This document shows, piece after piece, positions 31,467 to 42,900 of a DNA stretch of 64,000 nucleotides. Each line of letters starts with the position of its first letter. Within the stretch, counting starts at the first letter, position 1. The notes below the pieces were generated by a model. It was given only the letters and a program-made list of their open reading frames with translations, did no database searches and was not told the origin of the DNA. A program made the position numbers and the translations under genes. The stretch is from the human T2T-CHM13v2.0 reference genome, Homo sapiens, in NCBI RefSeq assembly GCF_009914755.1, contig NC_060934.1. One strand, 5' to 3'.

Positions 31467-31756
31467 GACCTGGGCATGGTGGCTCATATCTGTAATCCCA
31501 GCACTTTGGGAGGCCAAGGCAGGAGGATTGCTTGAGGCCAGGAGTTTGAAACCAGCCTGGGCAACATAGCAAGACCTCATTCCTAAAGAAAAGACAAATT
31601 AGCCAGGCATGGTGGCATGCACTTGTAGTCCCAGCTACTCAGAAGGTAGAAAGATCACTTAAGCCCAGGCATTTGAGGCTGCAGTGACACATGATGGCAC
31701 CACTGCACTCCAGCCTGGGTGAAAGAGTAAGACCCTGTCTCAAAAAAATAAAATAA
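31467..31756 (+). mobile_element. AluJ-like
   Basis: Diverged dimer; outer TSD aaaaataa(a/g)ggagtg flanks both tandem Alus. Confidence 0.9.
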
Positions 31757-32062
31757 GGCCGGGCACAGGGCTCACACCTGTAATCCCAGCACTTTGGGAG
31801 GCTGAGGCAGGCAAATCACTTGAGGCCAGGAATTCAAGACCAGCCTGGCCAACATGTTGAAACCTCATCTCTACCAAAAAATACAAAAAAGTAGCTGTCC
31901 GTGGTGGTGAGCATCTGTAGTCCCAGCTACTTGGGAGGCTGAGGCACAAGAATTGCTTGAACCGGGAGGCAGAGGTTACAGTGAGCTGAGATTGTGCCTC
32001 TGCACTCCAGCCAGAGTGACAGAATGAGACTGTGTCTCAAAAATAAATAAATAAAATAAAAT
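31757..32062 (+). mobile_element. AluS-like inserted in the tail of the preceding Alu
   Basis: Full dimer with (A3-4T)n tail. Confidence 0.92.
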
Positions 32063-32279
32063 AAAAAATAAGGGAGTGGAAACTCAGCCAGATATGAACT
32101 TCCACTGAAATAAATATCTGAAATATGTAACTTGCTGGATTAGGCATATTATTGTGAACAGGACCCTCCCAAGTTCTAATTTGACAGTTGACAATTTGGC
32201 ATGGAGCATGGAGAGATACAGGACAGACATGAATGATGCTAGATTTGATAAAATGTCATGCCATCACAAAATAGTTTGG

Positions 32280-32750
32280 AGAGTATTCAGCCGCAAGTAA
32301 CAGAAAATGCACAAATAATGGCGTAACCAAGTATGAGACATTTTTCTTACTCATCAAGAATTCCAGAGTTAGACTGCTCATAGCTGGAGAAGTTGCCATG
32401 AAAATAATCAATAATTTCTACTATTTTCTTTCTATATTGTCCTCTGCTTGTAGATTTTGTCCTCATGTTTTCAAAATGGCTGCAGCATTCCAGGTGTCAT
32501 GTCCACATTGCAATAGGAAAAATGAGAGAAATACAAAGGACAAAAGTCTTCTCTTTTGTAAATGACTGCCTTTTTATTTGCAAAAAGAAGCCTTTCTCAG
32601 AAATCTACTTTCATCTCATTGACCAGAACAAATCACATGGCCACTCCCAACTGCAAAGGAACTGGGTATTTTTTACTTTGCAGGCTCCATAGTAAAGGAA
32701 GGCAAGGGAGAAGGCGATTTAAATAGGTTTCACTGGACCAATAGAATTTG
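32280..32750. mobile_element. Old MaLR LTR (MLT1-type)
   Basis: gcaagtaacagaaaa...caaaatggctgc...tctcattgaccagaac..atcacatggccactccc. Confidence 0.55.
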
Positions 32751-33375
32751 CCATGTATTTATCACATAATAATCACGCGGTATATGAAATTTACTTGATT
32801 TTACATTATAAAAAGCTATTTTTCTGCCCCACTGAATGTACAACTTGGCTCTACTTGCCTTTTTTAAATTAGGTTTTTAGATATAATTATGTTTTTAAGA
32901 ATATATTTTTAAGGAATAGTTGGGTAAAAATTTTGTAGTGATTATCTCTCAGTGGTGGAATTATACTTTTTTTAATTTATTTCTCTGTGCTATCTAGTTT
33001 TGTTCTTTTGTTTTTTTTTAATTTGCCATAACAAAAGTGCATTGTTGTATAATAAGAAAGCAAAAAAAAAATTTCACAAGAACGTTCATGACTCATTATG
33101 GTATATTGTCAAATGGAAAAGCAGTGTATACAATGCATTCCCAATTTTCAGAGAGTAGCAAAAGCCTAGAGCGTTGCCTCTGAATGCTGGGAATATATTA
33201 ATAGATTGCTTTCATTTTCTTTCTCTGCTTTTTGGTATTTTCCAAATTGATCACAGCAAAAAATATTAAAAACAAATAACAATCGTGGCCTATGTAGCTT
33301 TCCACCTGGACTTGGAGGAAATGAAGTCTTCCAAGCATAAACTGAAAAACAGAATTTGGGGAATAAAAATCACAC

Positions 33376-33670
33376 CAAAAAAAGAGAGAGAGAAGAAAGA
33401 AAGAGATAAAGAAAAAGAGGAAAGAAAGAAAGAGAGAGGGAGGGAGGGAAGGATGGAGGGAGGGAGGAAAAGGAAGGAAGAAAGGAAGAAAAAGAAAAGA
33501 AAGAGAGGGAGAAAAGAAAGAAAGAAAAAAGAAAGAGAAAGAAAGAAAGAAAAAGGAAAAGAAAAGAAAAGAAAGAAAGAGGAAGGGAGGGAAAGAAGGA
33601 GGGAAGGAAGGAGGAAGGAAGGAAGAAAGAAAAAAAGAAAGAAGAGAGAAAGAAAGAAAGAAAAAAGAAA
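33376..33670. repeat. GA-rich low-complexity purine tract (GAAA/GGAA)
   Basis: About 290 nt almost free of pyrimidines. Confidence 0.95.
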
Positions 33671-34194
33671 TTCTACTGAACAGGCCTTGTTTGTTAAGAC
33701 CAAAAGGAAAACAATAAAATGCTTCCCTCCTTGTTTCCTTTCTCTAAAAGCAGTTTCTGCTGAGAAACATTAAACCCCCTTAACATTCTTCAGGGGATTC
33801 TCAAGTCCAAGGCTAAGAGCCGGATAGAAAGAGGGTGTTTGTTCCTTTCTGGTGAGTCAGCTGTGAAACATGGCCCATTGTTTCAACAAATATGGCCACC
33901 AGAAGCAGTCCTCTCATGGCCTCTTCTCTTTCCAGGAGGCTGAGAGGCTGGGGAGCAAGAAGATGCCTCCTTTGCCTTTCAGACACACCATTCCACACAG
34001 AAATTCAGCAGTCATTTCATTTCTCTTATTTATTTTTCTCTTTCCAATAAACACAGCTTTCTCCCAAAAAGCAAGAGTCCATCTACAATTCTCCTGAATT
34101 TGCAGAGCTAAAGGCCATCATTTCAAAGGCCTAGAAAATGCACGTCTAGGTAAAGGGTTCTCCTACTGGATCAATTTCAAAAGCAGACAGTCCA

Positions 34195-34600
34195 TTCATT
34201 AGGCATTCATTCATTCATTCACTCATTCATCCATCCATCCACTCAGCAACAGTGCCTGGCTTGAGGATACAGTGAGAACAAGGCAAAGTAAACACGGCCT
34301 TCGGGAAGCTTATTTGGGGAGGCAGGGTGATAGGGAAAGACAGAGAATAAGAAAAAAGGAAGCACATCAATAAATAATTTTAGGAAGTGAGAGTGTGATT
34401 TAAAGGATATAAAGCAGGGTAAGGTTCTAGAGAGCCACAAAGGAGTAGGCGGGTGGTCAGGAAAGAGTCTTTGAGAAGGTGACATTTGAATTGAGACTTG
34501 AACGATGTGAAGGAGGGAGCCATGAGAAGTTCCGGCAGGGCACAGGCAGGCAACAGCAGAGTTCCAGATGGGGCAAGCGACAGGAGGTGAGCCCAGAAAG
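34195..34600 (-). mobile_element. L2 fragment with (CATT)n tail
   Basis: attcattcattc tail followed by ggtggtcaggaaag..gaaggtgacatttga..tgagacttgaa. Confidence 0.65.
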
Positions 34601-36282
34601 GCAGCACAAAAGCACAGGGGCTTCGAGGCTGCAGGAAGGAGCGTAGATTTAAGAACAAGTGGCTATCTACAGCGTAGTGGGGATCAAAAGCCAAAGGTTG
34701 CAAGCAGCTATGCACTCACGCACCAGCACCTGTTTTCCAGTTGTGTCAGAGAAGATTAAGGATGACAGTAAAAAGTTTCTGCTTTCTCACAGCTTCTAGT
34801 CTAGACCAGGAGACAAAAATAATGCCTAATGCAATTATGGAACAATTCGGGGCTAAGTCATGTGACTCTAATTTATGTAAACACATTTGGAGAAGGTGAA
34901 ATCAGTGAGAGCAGAAGCAGTCAGAGGATTGCATGGGGAGAGAGTGGGCTTGACCTAGAGGATAGGAAGTATTACATCAAGGATGGCAAAGGTTAGGCTG
35001 CACGCACCCACTCCTCCTTCCATGGCAAATACCTTTAACCATTCACAGCTCTCTTTCCCACTAACCTGGGCCCCGAAAACCTTCTCAAACTAGCATTCCA
35101 GGCAGATGCCCACCCCCTCCCCGCCCCGGCAGTTAATCAGAGTTAGCATAGGAAGAAAAAATGCAGCCTAAGCCAGACATAGTGAGTCAGGGAAATTGGG
35201 GAGAGAAAGTGCTTCCCAAATTGAGAGGCCTAAAGATCAAGTGGGAGTTATCTAACTGAAATGGCAGAGAGTGGTTCCTCACAGAATAGCTTGTGTGAAG
35301 GGCTGGAGGTAGGAAGGCCTGGGGCAAGTAATTCAATGTGGCTGGGGTTACAAGGGCAGGGGCAGAAGGGGCTGGAGAAACATGATCACAGAGGGCAGTG
35401 GAAGCAATGCAAAGAGTTTGAACTTCATGTTACGGAGATAGAGAAGCTTTGAAGGGCTTAAGCAGGAGAGAGGAGCGACCCTGGTTTCATTCCCAACATC
35501 ACTCTAGCTTCCCTGCCAACCAGGGAGCACATGAATTAGGAGACTGGTGCAGGAATCCAGGGCCTGGACTCGAGGGTGTCAGAGGGAATGGAGATAAGTA
35601 GGTGGCCTGAAGCTATTTAGGAGTTGAAATGGCTCAAAATTAGTGATTAGCTCTCAGGGTAGAGAAGAGAGTAAAGAATGAAGTCCAGCCCCTCAAGTGA
35701 GTCCACGGATACCTGCAATGACAAGGGAAAAATGAGAACTGACAAGCCCTACTGGTCCGTGCTTTCAGATCTAACACACCTGCAGGAAGCCAGCAGTGCC
35801 TACAGCTTCACAAGACAACGGCGTTCCCACTCTGCTGGGAGCTTGACATGCCAGGCATCCAGCCATTTCTCACTTCTGCTTTAGGTCTCAGGCAAACTAT
35901 GCAAAACCCTTTAAGTCCAGGGCATCTCGTTTTTCATGGCAAAGAGCAGTGACTCAACCTTTGAAAGCCACTTGACATTTTAATTTGCCAGTGCCCCACC
36001 TTGGCAGAGGATAATCCAAAGGTTCAGAGTGGCTGAGGGCGTTATTCAAGGTCACATAGCAAGCTGGAGGTGAGTAGAGACTTAGAATCAAACATTCCCA
36101 ATTTGTTACACTACTTGCTGCCCAGGTTCTGAATAAATCAAGCACCTTAAGCTATGTCACTGCCCTCCTTAGCCTATGTAAGCAATGGTGCCAAGAGTAG
36201 GAGAAAATGTGGTAGCCCCCATTCTCAGTGTTGTGTCAGTTCCTGTATAAGTCAATCCCTTCCTCTTAATAAAAGAATCTCT

Positions 36283-36572
36283 GGGTTTGTCTCTGGAGCA
36301 ATGCATGGGTGGGCAGAAATCCACATCTCTATACATCCCAGTTCCTCCCAGACTCTATGTCTATTCTTGACTAGCTTTGAATAACTTGAAGAAGGTGGAG
36401 TGGGGCGTGTTCTGATTCTGAAACATGACATTTGAATAGCACCTCTCTCCTGGGAGTGAGCCATAAAATGAGGTAGCACCTGGATCTCATCTTTCATCCT
36501 GGTTCCCCTCAGCAGGCACCTGAGCCCCTCCTGTGTGCCAGGCACATGTCAGCAATGCACGTCTGTTATCTA
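36283..36572 (+). repeat. Left arm of ~290-bp inverted repeat (partner 38344-38640)
   Basis: Manual alignment to the reverse complement of 38344-38640; about 174/214 identical over the inner part. Confidence 0.93.
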
Positions 36573-36736
36573 AACGCAATTTTGCTCAGGCCTCCGATAA
36601 GCACTTTATCTGAAAGAGGAAGAAAAGGTTTTTTAATGCTTGCCTTCTCCTGAACTCAACCCTGCTAAGTTGATCTCATGTGTGGTATGCAAATCCAGGG
36701 GCACTGAATTTCTGTGAGAAAGTGAGGGATGACAGC

Positions 36737-37016
36737 TGGGTGCGGTGGCTCACGCCTGTAATCCCAGCACTTTGGGAGGCCAAGGCAGGTGGATCACCTG
36801 AAGTCAGGAGTTCGAAACCAGCCTGGCCAATATGGTGAAACCCCATCTCTACTAAAAATACAAAAATTAGCCTGGCGTGGTGGCAGGCACCTGTAATCCC
36901 AGGTACTCAGGAGGCTGAGGCAGGAGAATCGCTTGAACCAGGAGGCAGAGATTGTAGTGAGCTAAGATCACGCCACTGCACTCCAGCCTGGGTGACAGAG
37001 TGAGACTCCGTCTCAA

Positions 37017-37047
<31 letters not shown>

Positions 37048-37052
37048 GAAAG
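36737..37052 (+). mobile_element. AluS(x/z)-like
   Basis: Full dimer, A/GAAA tail, TSD about agaaagtgag(g/t)gatga. Confidence 0.93.
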
Positions 37053-37528
37053 AAAGAAAGTGAGTGATGAGACATCTAGACACCTGGGGGGTGGGAAAGT
37101 GGGGAGTGGGACAGGGAAGCTGAAGCCTCAGAGGCTGGGAAGGCCCCAAATAGGAAATCCCCACTGTGGGTGGCCCCAAAAGATGGACAGCGAATATGAT
37201 GAGATGGACAATATAGGCCCTCCTCCTCCCCCACATCTGCGTTCATTGATTCAACATTTATTCAACAAACAGTAAATAAACACCTTCTGAAGTGTTCTGG
37301 GTACTGGGACTATAACAGTAAACTCAACAGACCAAAATCTGTTCTCCTGTAGTTAATATTGTAGTGGCGGAGACAGATGTTAACAAGGATATCAAATGTT
37401 AGGTAGTGAGACAGGATGGAGTGATAGCCTGAGTCAGGAAAGGCAGCCCACAGAGTGGGTGGTATGTGAGAGGGGAATAGGAGCGCTGTCAGGGGAGGCC
37501 AGGGAAGGTGTCAGGGAGAAGGTGAGTT

Positions 37529-37817
37529 GTTTTTTTGTGTGTGTTTGGCTGGGGGGTTGTTTCTTTGTTTTTTGAGACAGTCTCACTCCATCACCCAGGC
37601 TAGAGTGCAGTGGTGCCATCTCAGCTCAATGCAACCTCCCCCTCCCAGGTTCAGATGATGATTCTCGTGCCCCCGCCTCCCTTGTAGCTGGGACTACTAC
37701 AGGTGTGCGCCACCACACCCAGCTAATTTTTTGTTGCATTTTTAGTAGAGACGGGGTTTCTCCATGTTGGCCAGGCTGGCCTCGAATGTGCCTGGCCTCA
37801 AGTAATCCGTCTGCCTC
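37529..37817 (-). mobile_element. 5'-truncated Alu with atypical tail, inserted in an L2 fragment
   Basis: TSD gggagaaggtgagtt at 37514-37528 and 37818-37832. Confidence 0.9.
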
Positions 37818-38343
37818 GGGAGAAGGTGAGTTTTTATTAAGCACTGAGGGAAATGAGGGAGCTAGTACTGCAGATGCCTGGGGGAAGAGCCTTCCAGGCA
37901 GGGAAACAAAAAAAGCACAGTTCCTGGGATGGGAGCGTGCTTGGAGTATTAGAGAGAGAAACATCAAATCCACCGGTCAGGAGCAGAGTGGGCGGTGAGA
38001 GCAGGAGGGGCTGAGGTCAGAGTGGTGGCCAGCCAAAGAACAAAACTGATAAGCATTTGATTTTTTGTGTGTTGAGGGTAGAACAGGGTCAATCCATAGG
38101 GAAAAAGGGGCCAGTGGACTTCGAGGGGACATGTACATTACATCTGGTCTCTCTCATAACACTACAAATAAGGCAAGCGGGGCTCAGGAGGGGAAGAGGA
38201 ATTGTCCAAGATCACAAGGTTAGGGTGGTAGAAGCTGGAGTCGATCCTGCAACTGATAGATTAAGCTTCTGCTCATCCCACTACAGTCAGCTAAAAAGTG
38301 GGCAGTTGGGAAGGAGAAATAGAGTCAGACAAAGAAGTGTGTC

Positions 38344-38640
38344 TAGATAACAGATGTGCAGCGCTGATGCCGTGCCTGGCACACAGTAGGTACTCGGGTG
38401 CCTGCGGAGGGGAACCAAGATGAAAGATGAGATCCAGCTGCTACCTCACCCCACACTCGCTCCCAGGAGGGAGGTGCTGTACACATGTTGTGTTTTCAGA
38501 ATCTGAACATGCCAGATTCCACCTTGTTTGAGTTATTCAAAGCTACTCAAGGACAGGAGGAGAAGTAGCGTCAGGAGGATTGGGGATGTTTACAGATGCG
38601 GATCCCTGCACGCTCATCTATCTCTCTAGGGCCAAAGCCC
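38344..38640 (-). repeat. Right arm of ~290-bp inverted repeat
   Basis: See left arm. Confidence 0.93.
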
Positions 38641-38699
38641 AAGGAATAGCCCAACCCCCACATAATCGTAGGATCTGAGAGTGGATCACATATCCCTCT

Positions 38700-39242
38700 T
38701 TGCATGGGACAGGCCCAGAGTGCTCCTATTGTCTTGCAGAATTATTTAAGACCCTCTTTCATCTTGTAACACAACCCTGGTTTGGATGACAAATTATATA
38801 CTCACCCTACTGGGCCTCAGTTTATAGATAGAGGCCCTGTGTTACAAGGTCTGTGATATACTTCAAGATATTTCAGCTTAGATCGTAGGATGTTTATGTG
38901 TTTGTTTTAACCTATGCCCTAGGGTAAAACAAGGAGTAGTAACTCACCTAGATGTGATTAGTTAACATTTGAAGTACACTCATCAGGAATACACACTTCA
39001 GGCACTGGTTAGCATTTGAAATGATCTAATAAAAAATAGAGGTTACAACCAGCCCTTCGGTCAGAGACTTTATAAACAGTTATGATGAATGTTAGAAAGA
39101 ATTTTTCCTTGGTGGAATGAAATGATGAACACATGCAGATTGCTAGACATGTTCAGGCACTCCTACTCTTGCATTAACAGAATGTGAGAACATAGCCTAA
39201 TTCTGCAAGACAACAGGAGCTCACTGGGCCTGTCCCATGCAA
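38700..39242. repeat. 45-bp inverted repeat (38700-38744 / 39198-39242) enclosing nested hairpins
   Basis: ttgcatgggacaggcccagagtgctcctattgtcttgcagaatta versus taattctgcaagacaacaggagctcactgggcctgtcccatgcaa; 42/45 complementary. Confidence 0.93.
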
Positions 39243-39967
39243 TAGCCTGTACTCTCTGGAAAGCCACCCTGGGCTTATTAAGACTCGTTCACGGGAAGGT
39301 TTTATTGTCTGATTCCGGATAGGTTATCTGATTCCTACTGCTAAAATATTGTTACATTCATCTAAAGAGAAGCTTTTATGCAAGATGCTAAGGGAAGACC
39401 TCAAAGGATAGAGAGCTGAGTCTTCATCAAGCTTACATAATTATATGTTTGCATGTCTTTTTGCTAATAAGCAAAGGCACATGTGGTGGAATTCCAACTG
39501 AGACTTGTTTTCTCTGTGATCTTACCTGTAGATCCCGCCCGTATCTACTGAAGAACTAAAGAACTGTGAACAATCCAATTGTCTTGGCTCAGCTGACAAC
39601 ACCTGGCAAGGTGGCAAGGTCCCAGAGGAGAAGGAGTCACAGGCTGTGTCATACACACCAAAGCAAAGAAGATCTTGGGCAGCTGTACAAGTGTCCCTCA
39701 GGGAGAGAGCCCTGTGTACCCAGAGGGCATGGAAGCTTCAAGGAGAATTCTTGAGCCAGTGGCTGTGAAATGGGACAACCCAGCTGCATCCTGCCTGATG
39801 GTCCTCCCAAACCTGCAACTGCTGGGAGTGGGGTTATCTCAGAGGCTATCAGTGTGCGTACATTATGACCCTGGAGACACATACAGTCTTAAGCAAAAAA
39901 GGCTGGGAAGCACTGAATTGAGCATGGTAGGGTTCAAAATAGGAAGTTAACTTATTTATACCTCTTT

Positions 39968-42900
39968 TTATTCTTTTATTCTTTTTAATTTTTGTGGGTA
40001 CATATTAAGTGTATATATTTATGGAATTCATGAAATATTTTGATATAGGCATATATAATAGGTAATAATCCCATCAGGGTAAATCACATCACCTCATTTA
40101 TCCTTTCTTTTTTGTTACAAATAATCCAATTATACTCTTCTAGTTATTTTTTAAATGTACAATAAATTATTGTTGACTATGGTCACCCTGTTGTGTTATC
40201 AAACACTAGATATTATTTATTCTATCTAACTACATTTTCATACCCATTAACATCCCTACTTCCCCCCAACACACACACACCCTTTCCTGCCTCTGGTAAC
40301 CATCATTCTACTCTTTATCTTCATGAGTCCAATTGTTTTAATTTTTGTTAGCTTCCACAAACAAGTGAGAACATGCAATGTTTATCTTTCTGCACCTGGC
40401 TTATTTCACTTAACATAATAAACACCAGTTCCATCCATGTTGTTGCAAATGACAGGATCTCATTCTTTTTAATGGCTGAATAGTACTCCACTGTGTATAT
40501 GTACCACATTTTCTTTATCCATTCATATGTTGACGGACACTTAAGTTACTTCCAAATCTTGACTTTTGTGAATAGTGCTACAATAAACATGGGAGTGCAG
40601 ATATCTCTTCAACATACTAATTTCCTTTCTTTTGGGTTTATACCTAGCAGTGGGATTGCTGGATCATTTGGTAGTTCCAATTTTAGTTTTTTTTTTAGGA
40701 ACTTCCAAACTCTTCTCCATAGTAGTTGTCCTAGTTTACATTCACACCAACAGTGTACAAGGATTCTCTTTCCTCCACATCCTCACCAGAATTTCTTACT
40801 GCCTGTCTTTTGGAAAAAGCCATTATAACTGGGGTAAGATGACATTTCATTATAGTTTTGGTTTGCATTTCTGTCATGATCAATGATGCTGAGCATCTTT
40901 TCATGAACCTGTTTATTGTTGATATGTCTTCTTTTGAGAAATGTCTATTCAGATCTTTTGCGTATTTTTTAATCAGATTATTAGATTTTTTTCCTGTTGT
41001 GTTGTTTGAGCTCCTTATATATTCTGGTTATTAATCTCTTGTCAGATTGATAGCTTGCAAATGTCTTCTCCCATTCTGTGGATTGTCTCTTTACCTTGTT
41101 CACTGTTTCATTTGCTGTGCAAAAGCTTTTTAACTTGATGTGATCCCATTTGTCCATTTTTGCTTTGCTTGTCTATGCTTGAGGGACATTACTCAAGAAA
41201 TCTTTGCCCAGTCCAATGTCCTGGAAAGTGTCTCTAGTGTTTGCTTTTAGTAGTTTCATAGCTTGATGCATTCAATTTAAGCCTTTAATCCATTTTCTTT
41301 GATTTTTGTATATGGTGAGAGAGAGGGGTCTAGTTTCATCCTTCTGCACATGGATACCCAGTTTTTCTAGTAACATTTATTGATGAGACTGTCCTTTCTC
41401 CAATGTATGTTTTTGGCATCTTTGTTGAAAATGAGTTTACTGTAGATGCATGGATTTATTTCTGGATTCTCTGTTCTATTCCATTGGTCTGTGTGTCTGT
41501 TTTTATGCCAGTACCATGCTGTTTTGGTTACTATAGCTCTGTAGTATAATTTGAAAGTCAGATAATGTGATTCCTCCAGTTTTGTTCCTTTTGATCAGGA
41601 TAGCTTTAGTTATTCTGGGTCTTTTGTGGTTCCATATAAATTTCAGGGTTGTTTTTCTATTTCTGTGAAGAATTTCATTAGTATTTTGATAGGGATTGCA
41701 TTGAACCTGTAGATGTTTTGGGTAGTATAGACATTTTAACAATATCGATTCCTCCAATCCATAAACATCCTCAAGATATAAGTAGTTTACACACCACAAT
41801 TACAGTGTGATAATATTGTGCTTTTCTGTGTAGGTACTATTACCAGTGAGTTTTTTACTTCAGATGATTTCTTATTGCTCATTAATATCTTTCTTCTTTC
41901 AGATTGAAGAACTCTCTTTAGCATTTCTTGTAGGACAGGTCTGGTGTTGAAATCCCTCAGCTTTTGTTCGTCTTGGAAAGTCTGTATTTCTCCTTCATGT
42001 CTGAAGGATTCTTTTGTTGGAACAAAGTAAAAGTTTATCCTAAAGATAAAAGTTTTCTAGAATACAAGTTTTTCTCATTCAGCACTTTAAATATGTCATG
42101 CCACTCTCTCCTGGCCCATAAGGTTTTCACTGAGAAGTCTGCTGCCAGATATATTGGAGCTCCATTATATGTTATTTGTATCTTTTCTCTTGCTGCTTTT
42201 AGGGTCCCTTTTTATCCTTGTCCTTTGGGAGTTTAATTATTAAATGTCTTGAGGTAGTCTTATTTGGGTTAAATCTCCTTGGTATTCTACAATTTTCTTG
42301 TACTTGAATATTGATATTTTCCCCTAGGTTTGGGATGTTCTCTGTTATTGTCACAGGATCCTTAGGGTGTCACTTTTCCAGCTCAAAACCTCTGTGGTTG
42401 GTGGTGCTTTTGCCTGAGTTTTGCTCGGGCCCACTGGGCTCATTCCACCCACTCAGCCCAGCAGGCTGTGCTTGGGTCACACTATCAGCCCAGATCCCAC
42501 ACCTGCCAAGGGCAAGCCAAGCATGGAGCGGTGAGGAGTGTGTGAGTGAGTGCGGAGTTTGGCCACTGTGCACAGACAGGCATGCCAGCTGTGGCAGGGT
42601 AGGTAGCTCCAGGAGCCAGCACAGGCACTGGCTCCCTCCAAGGCTGCGGCTGGACCAGGCGTACCACAAGCAGCTTCCAATGTGGGCACTGGGAAATGTG
42701 GTGGCACTCAGAAGCTTGGAGATGCCAAGAACTGCAGAGCCCCAAAGAGGGTGTCACAGCCCTGGCTCGAGGAGCTCCTAAGTCTAGGCTCCCCAAAGGG
42801 CTACACCTCTTCTGTCCTCTCTTCTCTCCTCCTTGTTGACCCCAACATGGCAAGCAGGGGGCATGTATTTGACGTGTTTGTGTTACAGCTCTTTCAGTCC

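Noticed and set aside
33285-33773. 162-aa K/E/R-rich ORF and its 137-aa F/L/S antisense ORF
   Set aside because: Translation of a GA-rich simple repeat
36469-36490. TGAGGTAG let-7-like 5' end in the inverted-repeat arm
   Set aside because: Only 8 nt match, the rest is unlike let-7, and there is no local pre-miRNA hairpin
39082-39128. Two C-box-like ATGATGA motifs (C/D snoRNA?)
   Set aside because: No CTGA D box at typical distance with a terminal stem
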